Positions 18,094-28,151 are shown, numbered from the stretch's first letter. The stretch: 40,110 nucleotides of DNA from Anaerolineales bacterium (GCA_035462205.1 DATHUN010000449.1:1-40110), one strand, 5' to 3'. Numbers and translations are program-made. Notes: generated from the letters alone by a model not told the origin.

Positions 18094-19194
18094 ATTAATT
18101 GGGTTGGGAGCAGGGCTGAGCGCGCCTTTCCATATCTCCCAGTCATTTATCGTGACCGCGATCATTTTCTCCGCCGATCTCTTCAGCCAGCCTGGTTTGC
18201 GTTCCTGGAGATCTTGAAGAATATTTTTCACGGCTGGGCGCGTGCCAAGATGGATATTGGCGGTTTCCCAGCCCATGGCGCGCATCATGCGCGTTTCGTC
18301 GCGTTCGGGTCCAAGTTCCACGAGCTCGATCCGACAGCGGTCGGGTGCCAGTCCACGTACGACCCAGCCTTCATAGACCTTCATGAGAGGATCAGGTCTG
18401 CGCACAGCCCGGGCGAGTACTTCCTCATATAAGATAGTGGCACCCTTCTGTTTTTTCATTGCCCACAGAGCCGCCGAAGGGATCAATGCCTTCGCTTCCA
18501 AGGCAACAAATTCGCCCTGCCATTTGGTCAATAGCGTAAAGCGCGGACGTCCCAAGCTGCCGACGCCTGCCAAACGGTGGATCAGGTGATATTCCAAGCC
18601 GAAGGAGGGAAGAGAAGCCTCCAGCATAGCACGCACATCAGATGGTAGTTCTCGCTCCGCCACCGGACATTGATTAAGCTTCTCCCAATATTTCTCTGCC
18701 TGATGCTCGCTCTTTACGTAGGCATCTTTCAACCAATCACGATCGTTATCAACGACGAACGGCTTGCCCCCCTTTTCCAATCCTTCGCAATATCCATCCA
18801 GGATCGTCTCACAGGCTTCTTCCAGGGTAATCTTCAGCCGCTGGGTTTCGGAGGCGAGGCCCACGCTGGTGGCGAGGCGAACCAAATCCTGGGTGTAGGG
18901 CAAATAGGCAGCTTCGTCGAAATCGTTGATGCCCCAGATCAATTCCTCTTTTAGATCGCGCCATGTGCCGAAATTGGCAGCATGCAAATCGCCGACGGAT
19001 AAGACCACCGGTGCATCTGCTGCCTTTTTGCAGACTTCGGGGAACAATTGCATCCAGCGATAGAATGTACCGCGCAAAAACGTGAATGGATCGGTTGCAA
19101 TCAATTGTGTTTTTGAGGCCAGATCCTCTTCGAAGACGTCCACCTGCTTCCGCAGCCACTTTTCATATTTGCGAGTCGCTTTGAAGATTTTCAT
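18088..19194 (-). CDS. DUF2252 family protein (kinase-like fold)
   Basis: PFTFLRGT, GDLHAANFG, INDFDEA, GVGSLG motifs. Confidence 0.85.
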   Translation of the reverse strand: MKIFKATRKYEKWLRKQVDVFEEDLASKTQLIATDPFTFLRGTFYRWMQLFPEVCKKAADAPVVLSVGDLHAANFGTWRDLKEELIWGINDFDEAAYLPYTQDLVRLATSVGLASETQRLKITLEEACETILDGYCEGLEKGGKPFVVDNDRDWLKDAYVKSEHQAEKYWEKLNQCPVAERELPSDVRAMLEASLPSFGLEYHLIHRLAGVGSLGRPRFTLLTKWQGEFVALEAKALIPSAALWAMKKQKGATILYEEVLARAVRRPDPLMKVYEGWVVRGLAPDRCRIELVELGPERDETRMMRAMGWETANIHLGTRPAVKNILQDLQERKPGWLKRSAEKMIAVTINDWEIWKGALSPAPNPINP

Positions 19195-19211
19195 GTCAAG
19201 TTCCAAAACCA

Positions 19212-19259
19212 TAGGGACGGGCAACCTCATCAGGGCGCCTCGCGGGCTGCCCGTCCCTA
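19212..19259. repeat. REP-like hairpin with internal insert
   Basis: TAGGGACGGGCA...TGCCCGTCCCTA, 12-bp stem. Confidence 0.65.
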
Positions 19260-19261
19260 GA

Positions 19262-19867
19262 TTATGATGGTCTTTGGATGTTTCCTTCCAATCCTAATTC
19301 CGGTGCGATTCTGCGCATCGCCTGGATTACATTTCCGACATGTTCCCATAACTCGATGCCGAGTTCCCGGGCGGCTTGTTCCATTTCTGTACGGGAGGTT
19401 CCGGCGGCGAAGGCTTTGTCCTTCCATTTCTTTTTGACGGAGGAGGGCTCCAGGTCATATAACGAACGCGAGGGCCGAACCAGTGCCACCGCGGTGATCA
19501 ATCCTGTGATCTCGTCGCAGGCGACGATTGCCTTGCGGACCAGGGTATCGCGAGGCATGTTCAGATGATCGGCGTGGCTCAGGATGTCTTGAATAATATC
19601 TTCTGAAACGCCGCGCTCGCGCAAGATGGGTGCACCATCCTGTGGGTGTTCATTCAAAGTGGGGTGGATTTCCCAATCGAAATCGTGGAGCAGACCGATC
19701 AGTCCCCACTTTTCCACGTCTTCGACAGGGATGACGCCTGCACCTGCGGCAAACTTTTCGGCGTAGAAGCGCATGGCGGCTTCGACCGAGAGCATGTGGC
19801 GAATGAGACCTTCATTTTTCACATATTGACGTACAAGGGCTAAAGCTTCATCACGGGTCATAGTCAC
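19262..19867 (-). CDS. HD/HDIG-domain phosphohydrolase
   Basis: HMLSVEAAM, LLHDFD, ACDEITG, KKWKDKAFAAG; start at GTG 19867 or ATG 19861. Confidence 0.88.
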   Translation of the reverse strand: MTMTRDEALALVRQYVKNEGLIRHMLSVEAAMRFYAEKFAAGAGVIPVEDVEKWGLIGLLHDFDWEIHPTLNEHPQDGAPILRERGVSEDIIQDILSHADHLNMPRDTLVRKAIVACDEITGLITAVALVRPSRSLYDLEPSSVKKKWKDKAFAAGTSRTEMEQAARELGIELWEHVGNVIQAMRRIAPELGLEGNIQRPS

Positions 19868-19874
19868 CTTAATT

Positions 19875-19981
19875 TGTCACTCGGAGGGAGCATTTGTTGC
19901 GACCGACACACCGTACCTGCGCACGGTGCAGGGGAGAGTCTCTTCATTAATTGGAGATTCTTCGCTTCGCTCAGAATGACA
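19875..19981. repeat. GTCA-tagged palindromic element with a 28-nt internal insert
   Basis: TGTCACTCGGAGGGAGC...GAGATTCTTCGCTTCGCTCAGAATGACA. Confidence 0.75.
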
Positions 19982-19991
19982 TGTTGTTAAT

Positions 19992-21017
19992 TTATATACT
20001 TGTCGACGTTTCCAGCCCGTGCTCTTTGGCAAGTTCGTCGAGCAGGGCTTCCACTTCGTCGAGGAACTGATCGAGTCCTTCGACGCGTTCTTCGAAGCTG
20101 GTTCCCGTCAGGCCGAGTTGAGCGCAGACGGCGCGCCAGGCATCCACCGCGTGATCGGGTAGAACCTCCACTGCAAGCGTCCAGGTTTGGAGCAGCGGCC
20201 ACAACGCGGCAACGGGAGTCTCACTCTCCAGGATACCAATAATTCCTTTCTCATAATAATTCACCCGGGCGGGATGAATGAGCATGTCGACGCGCGGATT
20301 CTCCGCCGCGGCCTCGAAGGCAAGTTTCCATTCCGGCAGCCAGGCGCGCAGTTGGGAAGGATCCAAACCCAGACCGCCCAGCAAACCGATCAGCCCGGCG
20401 TTCATCCCCAGACGTTGAGCCGTATCCGCTCTCGCCGGAAATTCGAGCATGAGACGACGCTCGTACAGCGGTGGACCGGACAACTCTGCCACGGCGTTGA
20501 CCGCCGGGAACAGCGACTTCAAATACTGGGTGATATCTGTTGGTACCAGCATATCTCCAGTTTGCAAAAGGTCACGCCAAATCTGACGTCCATGGGAAAG
20601 CAAAGAGCGTGAACGTTGCAGGGCGGGGGCAGGGGCATTGAATTCAAACCCAGCCCGCAGACCCGCCTGTACGAACTCGAAAAATTTCTCGCGTTCGAAC
20701 AGCAGCATTGGGTCGTACATCTCCCAGCCGAGCCACGGGTCGAGACGCAGCTCGCGCGGACGCTTGAACTCGCCGCGGGCACGATGACTGATGTCCAGAT
20801 GGAAATCAGGCGTCAATTTGACGAATTCGCGGCGCTGTTTCGGCTCATCGATGTGGACAAAGATGATGTCGATATCCGCGGTTCCGCCCAGCATGGGGTC
20901 CACATCGGATACAAGCGAGCCTGTCAGGTAAGCGGCGATGATGTCGCGTTCGTTGAAGAAGCGCTGTTGGGCGGTCTCTTTGGCAATTCGGATCAGTGAT
21001 TCTCGTGTGACTCGCAT
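19992..21017 (-). CDS. Hypothetical protein with N-terminal nucleotidyltransferase-like motif and helical C-terminus
   Basis: YLTGS...ADIDI motif; AAGGA RBS. Confidence 0.65.
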   Translation of the reverse strand: MRVTRESLIRIAKETAQQRFFNERDIIAAYLTGSLVSDVDPMLGGTADIDIIFVHIDEPKQRREFVKLTPDFHLDISHRARGEFKRPRELRLDPWLGWEMYDPMLLFEREKFFEFVQAGLRAGFEFNAPAPALQRSRSLLSHGRQIWRDLLQTGDMLVPTDITQYLKSLFPAVNAVAELSGPPLYERRLMLEFPARADTAQRLGMNAGLIGLLGGLGLDPSQLRAWLPEWKLAFEAAAENPRVDMLIHPARVNYYEKGIIGILESETPVAALWPLLQTWTLAVEVLPDHAVDAWRAVCAQLGLTGTSFEERVEGLDQFLDEVEALLDELAKEHGLETSTSI

Positions 21018-21035
21018 AATGAAATCCTTTAGCGG

Positions 21036-21677
21036 TTAACCCTCGGGCAGCGGCAAGCTCTGTTGAAACGGCGGCATCTGCAGGCTTTGCCGGATGCGGT
21101 TTTCGATCCAGCGCAGATGTTCGGCGTTTTGGATGATGTTCAGGTCGTTCGTGTCAATTGTTAAAACAGGCGTATGGTCAAAAGGTTTTGAAAAAAAATC
21201 GTCATACGCCAGGTTGAGCTCGTGGATGTAGGAGCGCTCCATCTGTCGCTCGTAGGGGCGGTCGCGTAGGGCGATGCGCTGCATGAGCGTATCGGTGCTG
21301 GCTTGCAGGTAGACCAGCAGGTTCGGCTTGTCAATCTTTTCAGCGAGCGCCTCATGGACCTTGTAGTACATGTCGAGCTCGTCCCCTTTCAGGTTGATGC
21401 GGGCGAAGAGGGCGTCCTTGGCGAAGGTGTAATCGGCGAATAAATTTCTGCCGGAGGCGAGCATTTCATGCACTATGCGTCGCTGCTGGTGATAACGACT
21501 CAACAAAAAGAAGATCTGCGTTTGGAAGGCATACCGTTCCCGGTCGCTGTAGAAATCGGAGAGAAAGGGATTCTCTTCGAAAACTTCCAGCAAAATTTCG
21601 GCGTCAAATGAATTTTGAAGAAGGCGGGCGAGGGTGGTCTTACCGACTCCGATAACCCCTTCGATGGCGATGTACAT
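21036..21677 (-). CDS. Deoxynucleoside kinase (dAK/dGK family)
   Basis: YIAIEGVIGVGKTT P-loop, ENPFLSDFY, FQTQIFFLLSRY, RDRPYE lid. Confidence 0.9.
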   Translation of the reverse strand: MYIAIEGVIGVGKTTLARLLQNSFDAEILLEVFEENPFLSDFYSDRERYAFQTQIFFLLSRYHQQRRIVHEMLASGRNLFADYTFAKDALFARINLKGDELDMYYKVHEALAEKIDKPNLLVYLQASTDTLMQRIALRDRPYERQMERSYIHELNLAYDDFFSKPFDHTPVLTIDTNDLNIIQNAEHLRWIENRIRQSLQMPPFQQSLPLPEG

Positions 21678-21740
21678 AAAGGCTCCAGGAGGTAAGTTGT
21701 GCCAAGGATACCATAACTCAAGTATCAGGTGCGAGGTGTG

Positions 21741-21776
21741 AAAAAGAAAAGCTCTTTCCAATGAGGAAGGAGCTTT
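21741..21776 (-). terminator. Intrinsic terminator after the M20 peptidase
   Basis: Minus strand AAAGCTCCTTCC-tcatt-GGAAAGAGCTTT followed by a T-run. Confidence 0.7.
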
Positions 21777-21797
21777 GTCACGCAGAGATATTTGGAA

Positions 21798-23159
21798 TTA
21801 TTGATCGACCAGAAGGTGAAAGAAATGGACAAGCGCCGTCATGCCCCTTTTCCAGGTGGGTAGGTGCAGCTTTTCGTTAGGTCCATGGAAATTGTCGTCA
21901 TATAGCGAGAAGCCGGTCAGGACCGAATCGATTCCCAGGGCCTGTTTAAACATGAGCACAGCACCAATGCCTCCGCCAGACCGTTGGAGGATGGGTTCTT
22001 TTCCAAAGGCGGTTCGAAGAGCCTCCTTCATCGCTTGGACCTCTGCTGAATAACGGTTGGTCATCACAGCGGGATTCCCGCCCATGAAGTTGAGGTTCCA
22101 GGTCACGGTGGGAGGCAGATTTGCTTCCAAATAAGCTCTCAATTGTTGATGTACCTCTTCGGGGACTTGATCAGGTACAAGGCGGAAAGAAAATCGCGCG
22201 GTTGCTTTCGCCGGGATGGCAGATTTGGGCTGCCCTGCCTCGAACTGGACCACCTCGAAGGTGGGACGCGCCCCAATCCGTTCCACCGGGGAATATTCCG
22301 GTTCCCCCCATAACGTCGGCGCCCCGGAATGCTTCAGCAGAAAGGCCTCATCAAAGGGAAGCTTGGCAAGTTCGCTGCCTTCTTCTCGATCGATCTTTCG
22401 GACCTTGTCATAGAACCCAGGGAGTGTGATATGTCCTTGGTCATCGTGCAAACTAGCGATTAATTTGCTCAAGACATGGATCGGGTTTTGTACCACGCCC
22501 CCATATTCGCCAGAATGCACATCTTGGCTGGGTCCAAAAATATCCAAGACGAATCCCGCGCCTCCACGTAATGAATAACAAAGAGAAGGAGTCTCTGCAT
22601 CGGGCATACCGCCCGCATCGGTGTTCAGCGAAAAATCGCAGGTGAGTTGCTCGCGATGTGCAGTTAAAAATTCAAGAAAGTGTTTCGAGCCAATTTCCTC
22701 CTCGCCCTCGATGACGAACTTGATGTTGATCGGTAAATTTTCACTGATGATCGCCTCCACGGCGTTGACTGAGGCTAGCGTTTGTCCCTTCATGTCGGAG
22801 GCGCCGCGGGCGTAGAGATTTTCGTTACGAATGTCCGGCTCAAACGGCTGACTGTTCCAATCCGCTACTGGCTCGGGAGATTGGACATCGTAATGTCCGT
22901 AGATGAGCACCGTGGGAGCGGATGCGCCACCGTTCAACCATTCGCCATAGACAACGGAATGTTCCTGTGTGGGGAAGATCGCGACATTATTTATATCCAT
23001 CGAACGGAGTTTATCCGCCAGCCATTGCGCGGCTCGGTCCATTTGCTGCTTGTATGCCGGGTCATTCGAGATCGATGGGATTCGAATCAACTCGATCAAT
23101 TCATTTTGAAACCGATCCTGGTTTTCCTCCAAGTACTTCAGGGCAGATGAATCGGTCAT
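21798..23159 (-). CDS. M20-family dipeptidase
   Basis: YGHYDVQ, ARGASDMKG, EGEEEIGS, HSGEYGG, HGPNEK; GAGGAAGG RBS. Confidence 0.9.
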   Translation of the reverse strand: MTDSSALKYLEENQDRFQNELIELIRIPSISNDPAYKQQMDRAAQWLADKLRSMDINNVAIFPTQEHSVVYGEWLNGGASAPTVLIYGHYDVQSPEPVADWNSQPFEPDIRNENLYARGASDMKGQTLASVNAVEAIISENLPINIKFVIEGEEEIGSKHFLEFLTAHREQLTCDFSLNTDAGGMPDAETPSLCYSLRGGAGFVLDIFGPSQDVHSGEYGGVVQNPIHVLSKLIASLHDDQGHITLPGFYDKVRKIDREEGSELAKLPFDEAFLLKHSGAPTLWGEPEYSPVERIGARPTFEVVQFEAGQPKSAIPAKATARFSFRLVPDQVPEEVHQQLRAYLEANLPPTVTWNLNFMGGNPAVMTNRYSAEVQAMKEALRTAFGKEPILQRSGGGIGAVLMFKQALGIDSVLTGFSLYDDNFHGPNEKLHLPTWKRGMTALVHFFHLLVDQ

Positions 23160-23224
23160 TCCTTCCTCCTCTGGACGGTTCAACAAGGCTGTAAATGTTG
23201 ATTCGATTGTATCGCTTAAAATAA

Positions 23225-23250
23225 AAGCCCTCACTCCAGGGTGAGGGCTT
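23225..23250 (-). terminator. Intrinsic terminator after the ABC operon
   Basis: AAGCCCTCAC-N6-GTGAGGGCTT followed by TTATTT on the minus strand. Confidence 0.75.
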
Positions 23251-23269
23251 ACCGGAAACCAATTATCGA

Positions 23270-25282
23270 TTATTGAACACTGGCAACTTGCATCTCTTCC
23301 TGCTTCTTGAACTGGCTCATGTATAAATCGTAATAGAAGCCTTCGCGAGCCAGCAGTTCGTCGTGTTTGCCGCGTTCGATGATCTGACCGTCTTTGAGGA
23401 CAAGGATCATGTCGGCATTGCGGATGGTAGATAAGCGGTGAGCGATGACAAACGAGGTGCGTCCCTCGAGCAACTGGTCGAACGCTTTTTGGATGAGACG
23501 CTCGGTCCTTGTATCGACCGAAGAGGTGGCTTCGTCCAGGATGAGGATGCGCGGGTCGGCAAGCGCGGCGCGTGCAATCGACAGCAACTGCCGCTGCCCC
23601 TGACTCAAGCCCGAGCCGCGTTCGCCTAATACGGTCTGATATTTTTCGGGCAGGCGCTCGATGAATGAGTCTGCATTCGCAAGATGAATCGCCGCTATGA
23701 CCTCTTCGTCTGTCGCATCGGGTTTTCCAAAGCGAACGTTTTCCATCACGGTCGTACTGAAGAGGAAGGTATCTTGTAGCACAATGCCAATCTGGCGGCG
23801 CAAGGATTCGGCGGTGACATCCCGTACATCCACGCCATCAATTTTGACAGAACCCTCTGTCACATCGTAGAAGCGTGGCAGCAAATTGATAATGGTTGTC
23901 TTGCCGGCGCCTGTGGGTCCCACGATAGCAATGGTTTGACCAGGCTGTGCCGTAAAGGAAACACCCTTGAGTACAGGGACTCCATCTTCATAATGATGAG
24001 AAACGTTCTCGAACTCGACCAAGCCTCGGATATCTTTCATCTCCTTGGCATTGGGCTTATCGGTCACGGCCGGCTTTTCATCGAGGATGCCGAAGATACG
24101 TTCCGCACCGGCGATGGCGTTCTGGATATTCGTCCACAGCACCGCGATCTGTTGGATGGGCTGGTTGAAGCGCTGGACATACGCCAAGAACGTGACAACC
24201 AAGCCGAGGGTCACGGTGGCGCCAAAAAGAGTTTGTCCTTTGAGCAGGTACCAACCACCGACACCCGTGACAATTGCGAGCGAGACGTACGATAAAGCCT
24301 CAAGGGCTGGGGCGAGCGCCGAGGTGAACGACACCGCGCGCACGTTCGCGTCGCGGTTGGCAGCATTGACTTCCTTGAACTGTTCGATGTTCTCATCGGC
24401 GCGGTTGAAGGCTTGCGCTTCGCGCACCGCGGAAATGGACTCCTGCAATTCGGCATTCACATCACCGATCTTTTCACGCGATTTCCGAAATGCCTTGCGC
24501 GCCTGTTCCGAGAAATACAAGGTGGCAACGAACATGACTGGCGCGACGGCGAGCGACAACAAAGCGAATGGCAGATTCGCGGTCACCATGTTGTAGGAAA
24601 CCCAAACGAGCAAGAGGATACCGCTGAACACATTGACCAGTGCAAACGAAAATGCCTGTTCGATAGCGGTCGTATCGTTGGTGATGCGACTCATCAGGTC
24701 ACCAGCTTCATGTTCGGAGTAATAGCTGAGCGAGAGCCGGTGCAGCTGTTCGAATACTTCCACGCGCATCTGGCGCAGCACATGCTGACCGGTCCATGCC
24801 ATGGCGAAGAAGGTCAAACCGGTGAGCAGCGAGCCTAAAACGAACAGAAAGATGATTACACCAATCAAGCGTACTAAACCTTCCACACGCTGGTCATTTG
24901 TGGCGGTTGCGGGGTCGGCAATCGTGATCCCGCCAAAGTGAATCATGCGGCTCATCAAGGCTTGTCTGCCCGAAAGCTCGGATGGATCCTTTGCCAGCCA
25001 ACAGGAGGATTGTGCTTGTTGCGTTTGTGACCCGGCTGCTGCTCCGAACGAGCCGAAAGGATTGCTTCCGTTGGGGACGAGGAAACAGTCGGTTGCCTGT
25101 CCCATTAATTCCGGGCTGGTCACCTGAGTCCATGTGGCAGCGATCACAAAGAGCACAGCAAGTGTCAACATAAACCAAAACCGACCGAAATAACGACTCA
25201 GGCGCGCTAGTGTCTCGCTCAAAGCGCGCGGCTTGATGGTTTCACGATTCAATAAGTCGCCAAAGCGACCAGGACCCATCAT
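23270..25282 (-). CDS. ABC exporter TMD-NBD subunit (consensus-site half of a heterodimer)
   Basis: GPTGAGKT, LSQGQ, ILDEAT, AHR; 6 TM. Confidence 0.92.
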   Translation of the reverse strand: MMGPGRFGDLLNRETIKPRALSETLARLSRYFGRFWFMLTLAVLFVIAATWTQVTSPELMGQATDCFLVPNGSNPFGSFGAAAGSQTQQAQSSCWLAKDPSELSGRQALMSRMIHFGGITIADPATATNDQRVEGLVRLIGVIIFLFVLGSLLTGLTFFAMAWTGQHVLRQMRVEVFEQLHRLSLSYYSEHEAGDLMSRITNDTTAIEQAFSFALVNVFSGILLLVWVSYNMVTANLPFALLSLAVAPVMFVATLYFSEQARKAFRKSREKIGDVNAELQESISAVREAQAFNRADENIEQFKEVNAANRDANVRAVSFTSALAPALEALSYVSLAIVTGVGGWYLLKGQTLFGATVTLGLVVTFLAYVQRFNQPIQQIAVLWTNIQNAIAGAERIFGILDEKPAVTDKPNAKEMKDIRGLVEFENVSHHYEDGVPVLKGVSFTAQPGQTIAIVGPTGAGKTTIINLLPRFYDVTEGSVKIDGVDVRDVTAESLRRQIGIVLQDTFLFSTTVMENVRFGKPDATDEEVIAAIHLANADSFIERLPEKYQTVLGERGSGLSQGQRQLLSIARAALADPRILILDEATSSVDTRTERLIQKAFDQLLEGRTSFVIAHRLSTIRNADMILVLKDGQIIERGKHDELLAREGFYYDLYMSQFKKQEEMQVASVQ

Positions 25283-27252
25283 AGTGCACCTGCCATTTCT
25301 GAAGAAACATGTTCCACTTCGTGTTCGTGAGCCAAAATTTGTGAGTTGTAAATTTCCGCGTAAATCGGATCGTTTTCCAATAAGTCGGCGTGCTTGCCAA
25401 TGGCGACTACTTTGCCCTTGTCGAGCACGATGATCTTGTCGGCGTTCATCACGGTGCTGATGCGCTGTGCAATGACAAAGGACGTGCGTCCTTTCATGAG
25501 AACATCGAGTGCGCTTTGAATGGCGGCTTCCGTGGTAAGGTCGACGCTGGAGGTAGAGTCGTCAAGAATGAGAATGCGCGGGTCAAGCAATAAAGCGCGG
25601 GCGATGGCGACGCGTTGTTTTTGTCCTCCTGAGAGAGTGGCGCCGCGTTCGCCAACGTGTGTGTTGTACCCCTCGGGGAAGGACAGGATGAAATCATGTG
25701 CTTGGGCAGCCTTTGCCGCAGCTTCGATTTGTTCCAGCGTGGCATCCGGTTTGCCAAAGGCAATATTCTCGCGAATGGTGCCGCTGAATAAGGTGGTTTC
25801 TTGCAATACAATCCCGATTTGCGAGCGCAACGATTCCAGCGTTACATCGCGCAGGTCATAACCGTCAATCGTGATGCTGCCTTCACTGGGATCATAGAAG
25901 CGCGGCAGCAAGTTAATGATTGTCGTCTTACCGGAACCAGTGGCGCCGAGCAAGGCGATGGTCTCGCCAGGATACGCTTCAAAGGTCACATTCGCAAGCA
26001 CCGGCTCACCGCCGCCAAAATAACGGAAGGTGACATTCTCGAATTTCACATCACCCTTCACAGCTGGCAGTTTGATTGCACCGGGCTTATCCGTAATATC
26101 GTTCTTGGCATCGAGAATTTCAAAGATGCGATCTGCAGATGCCGATGCCTGACCGAACTGAGTGATGATCATGCCCATCATCATGATCGGCATGAACAGA
26201 TACATCAGGTACATTGAGAATTCCTGCCAGGCACCCAGGCTCAGTGTGCCGGCAATAATGGATTTGCCGCCAACATACAAGATGGTTGCCTGACCAAGAT
26301 TGGCGATCAGGAACACCAAGGGGAACATAAATGTGAATAAGCGGGAAAGTTTAATCGCCTGTTCCATCGTGTCATCGGCGCGTGCCTTGAATTTGTCCTG
26401 CTGTTGTTTCTCACGCGTAAACGCTTTAATGACTTTGATGCCGGCAAGATTTTCCTGCAACACCGTATTCAAGGCGGAAAGCTTTTGTTGCACAAGAGCA
26501 AACATGGGTCGGCTGGCGCCTGCAAAGAACATGAATAACACCAAAGCAATCGGCAGGATGGGCATCACCGTCCAGGCGAGAGCAGCGTTGGTGCTGAACA
26601 GGATAATGATCGTACCTGCCAGCAGGATGAACGCACCGATCAGCTGGAGTAAGCCCTGACCGATAAAGAGGCGTACTTTTTCCACGTCGTCCGTGGCGCG
26701 GATCATCAACTGCCCGGTCTGATTCTTATCGTGATAAGAGAATGACAGCGTTTGGATTTTCGAATATAGATCGTTGCGCAGATCGTATGCCACCGCCTGC
26801 GAGTTCTTCTCCGCCCAATATGCCTGCAGGAATGCGAAGACGCCGCGCAGGATGGCGAAGACCAGGATCAGAACCAAGGCATTGATCAATGCCTGCGGCG
26901 CGTTATTCAGATCTGCTACCAGTTGGACTCTGAGTTGGTCGACCGTTAAATTGGCGGGATACTTCAGCGCTTCCAAAATCTTCGGCAAAGCTGCACTCAT
27001 AAAGCCAGCAGGGATTTTATCGAGCGCGCCCAACACCTGGTCGGCAATGTAGCCGCTGGTCACCGCGTCGATGACCCGGCGGATCATACTGGGCACGGCC
27101 AGCTGTGAGAGCGTAGCAATGATGAGGAAAACATACGGAAGCGCTGCCTGACTCTTATAGTGCGTCAGATATTTAATGGCGCGCCCCATGCCGCCTTTGG
27201 ACTTGGGACGTCGCTGGCGACGGGAGTTGGCATGTGTCATGGTTGCTTGCAT
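25279..27252 (-). CDS. ABC exporter TMD-NBD subunit (degenerate-site half of a heterodimer)
   Basis: GATGSGKT, LSGGQ, degenerate Walker B ILDDS and switch AQR; 4-bp overlap with its partner. Confidence 0.92.
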   Translation of the reverse strand: MQATMTHANSRRQRRPKSKGGMGRAIKYLTHYKSQAALPYVFLIIATLSQLAVPSMIRRVIDAVTSGYIADQVLGALDKIPAGFMSAALPKILEALKYPANLTVDQLRVQLVADLNNAPQALINALVLILVFAILRGVFAFLQAYWAEKNSQAVAYDLRNDLYSKIQTLSFSYHDKNQTGQLMIRATDDVEKVRLFIGQGLLQLIGAFILLAGTIIILFSTNAALAWTVMPILPIALVLFMFFAGASRPMFALVQQKLSALNTVLQENLAGIKVIKAFTREKQQQDKFKARADDTMEQAIKLSRLFTFMFPLVFLIANLGQATILYVGGKSIIAGTLSLGAWQEFSMYLMYLFMPIMMMGMIITQFGQASASADRIFEILDAKNDITDKPGAIKLPAVKGDVKFENVTFRYFGGGEPVLANVTFEAYPGETIALLGATGSGKTTIINLLPRFYDPSEGSITIDGYDLRDVTLESLRSQIGIVLQETTLFSGTIRENIAFGKPDATLEQIEAAAKAAQAHDFILSFPEGYNTHVGERGATLSGGQKQRVAIARALLLDPRILILDDSTSSVDLTTEAAIQSALDVLMKGRTSFVIAQRISTVMNADKIIVLDKGKVVAIGKHADLLENDPIYAEIYNSQILAHEHEVEHVSSEMAGAL

Positions 27253-27335
27253 AAAATTCCTTTCAGTATAACGTTTCTAGAAGTGTAGGGCTGGTTTGTG
27301 AATTGAATGTGAAGAGTTTAGGGAGAGTACACCGA

Positions 27336-27788
27336 TTAGTGAACGGGCTCGGCCTCGAGGTCCCGGGCAGCGCGGGTCATGATATCGAGCGCTTCGCTGA
27401 TCTGAATGCGTTCCGCGGGGGTAAGTTTTTCCGCCAGCTCGTTCACCCAGCGATAGCGTTCCTCAATTCCTTGTTGGATGAGGTCGCGGCCCTTGTCGGT
27501 GAGATCCAGCAATTTGGCGCGCCGATCGTTCGGATCCTCCCGGCGCATGATGAATCCACTCTGGACGAGTTTATCCACCAGCTGACTGGCTGCGGCGGGG
27601 GTGATTTCGAATCGCTCGCTCACCTCAGACATGGCACAGGCGCCGCGGTGATGCATCTGCATCATTATGCTGAATTGGGGTATCGAAAGTCCCGTAGATT
27701 TGGCAAACCGCCACCAGCCACGCATCGAGCGCTGCATAAAAATATCCATCCATGCACGGATGGACTGTATAAATTGGATTTGTTTCAT
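27336..27788 (-). CDS. MarR-family transcriptional regulator
   Basis: LSIPQF, ITPAAASQLVDKL, DPNDRRAKLLDLTDKG. Confidence 0.9.
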   Translation of the reverse strand: MKQIQFIQSIRAWMDIFMQRSMRGWWRFAKSTGLSIPQFSIMMQMHHRGACAMSEVSERFEITPAAASQLVDKLVQSGFIMRREDPNDRRAKLLDLTDKGRDLIQQGIEERYRWVNELAEKLTPAERIQISEALDIMTRAARDLEAEPVH

Positions 27789-27791
27789 CTT

Positions 27792-27852
27792 AGTTAAGCC
27801 TTCTTTTTAGTTAAGCAGGCTTAACTTTATATGAGGATTAACTTTCTGTCAA
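27792..27852 (-). promoter_or_regulatory. marR promoter with an overlapping palindromic operator
   Basis: Minus strand TTGACA-N17-TAAAGT; AGTTAAGC-ag-GCTTAACT at 27809-27826 and an extra half-site at 27792-27799. Confidence 0.75.
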
Positions 27853-27862
27853 GGGAAGAGAA

Positions 27863-28021
27863 CTAAAAGATTTGTAAGAAGAAAAAGCCGCCCCACTGTG
27901 CAAGCGCATACTCGATTGCCTGATCTATGGTCATAGAGTGACCTTGTTCCTCTGCCTTCACAAATTCTGATTTCCCCAGAGATGCCTGGCAAGTCGCAGG
28001 ATAGTGCTCAAAGTGGTAATA
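27863..28021 (-). pseudogene. C-terminal relic of a TPR-containing ATPase/regulator
   Basis: Translates ...FEHYPATCQASLGKSEFVKAEEQGHSMTIDQAIEYAL..., resembling the 'GRAMTLEQAIAYAL' C-terminal helix; no upstream start. Confidence 0.55.
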
Positions 28022-28151
28022 TGTCAATAATTAATCCCAAATCCTGAAAAGACATTTGATTTGGCTGCCTGCTGTGACAGTACTAAAGCAGGACACACCA
28101 GGGGAACAGTCGTTGTTTCTGTAGCGTTAAATTTGTGAATGCCTGGATTAG

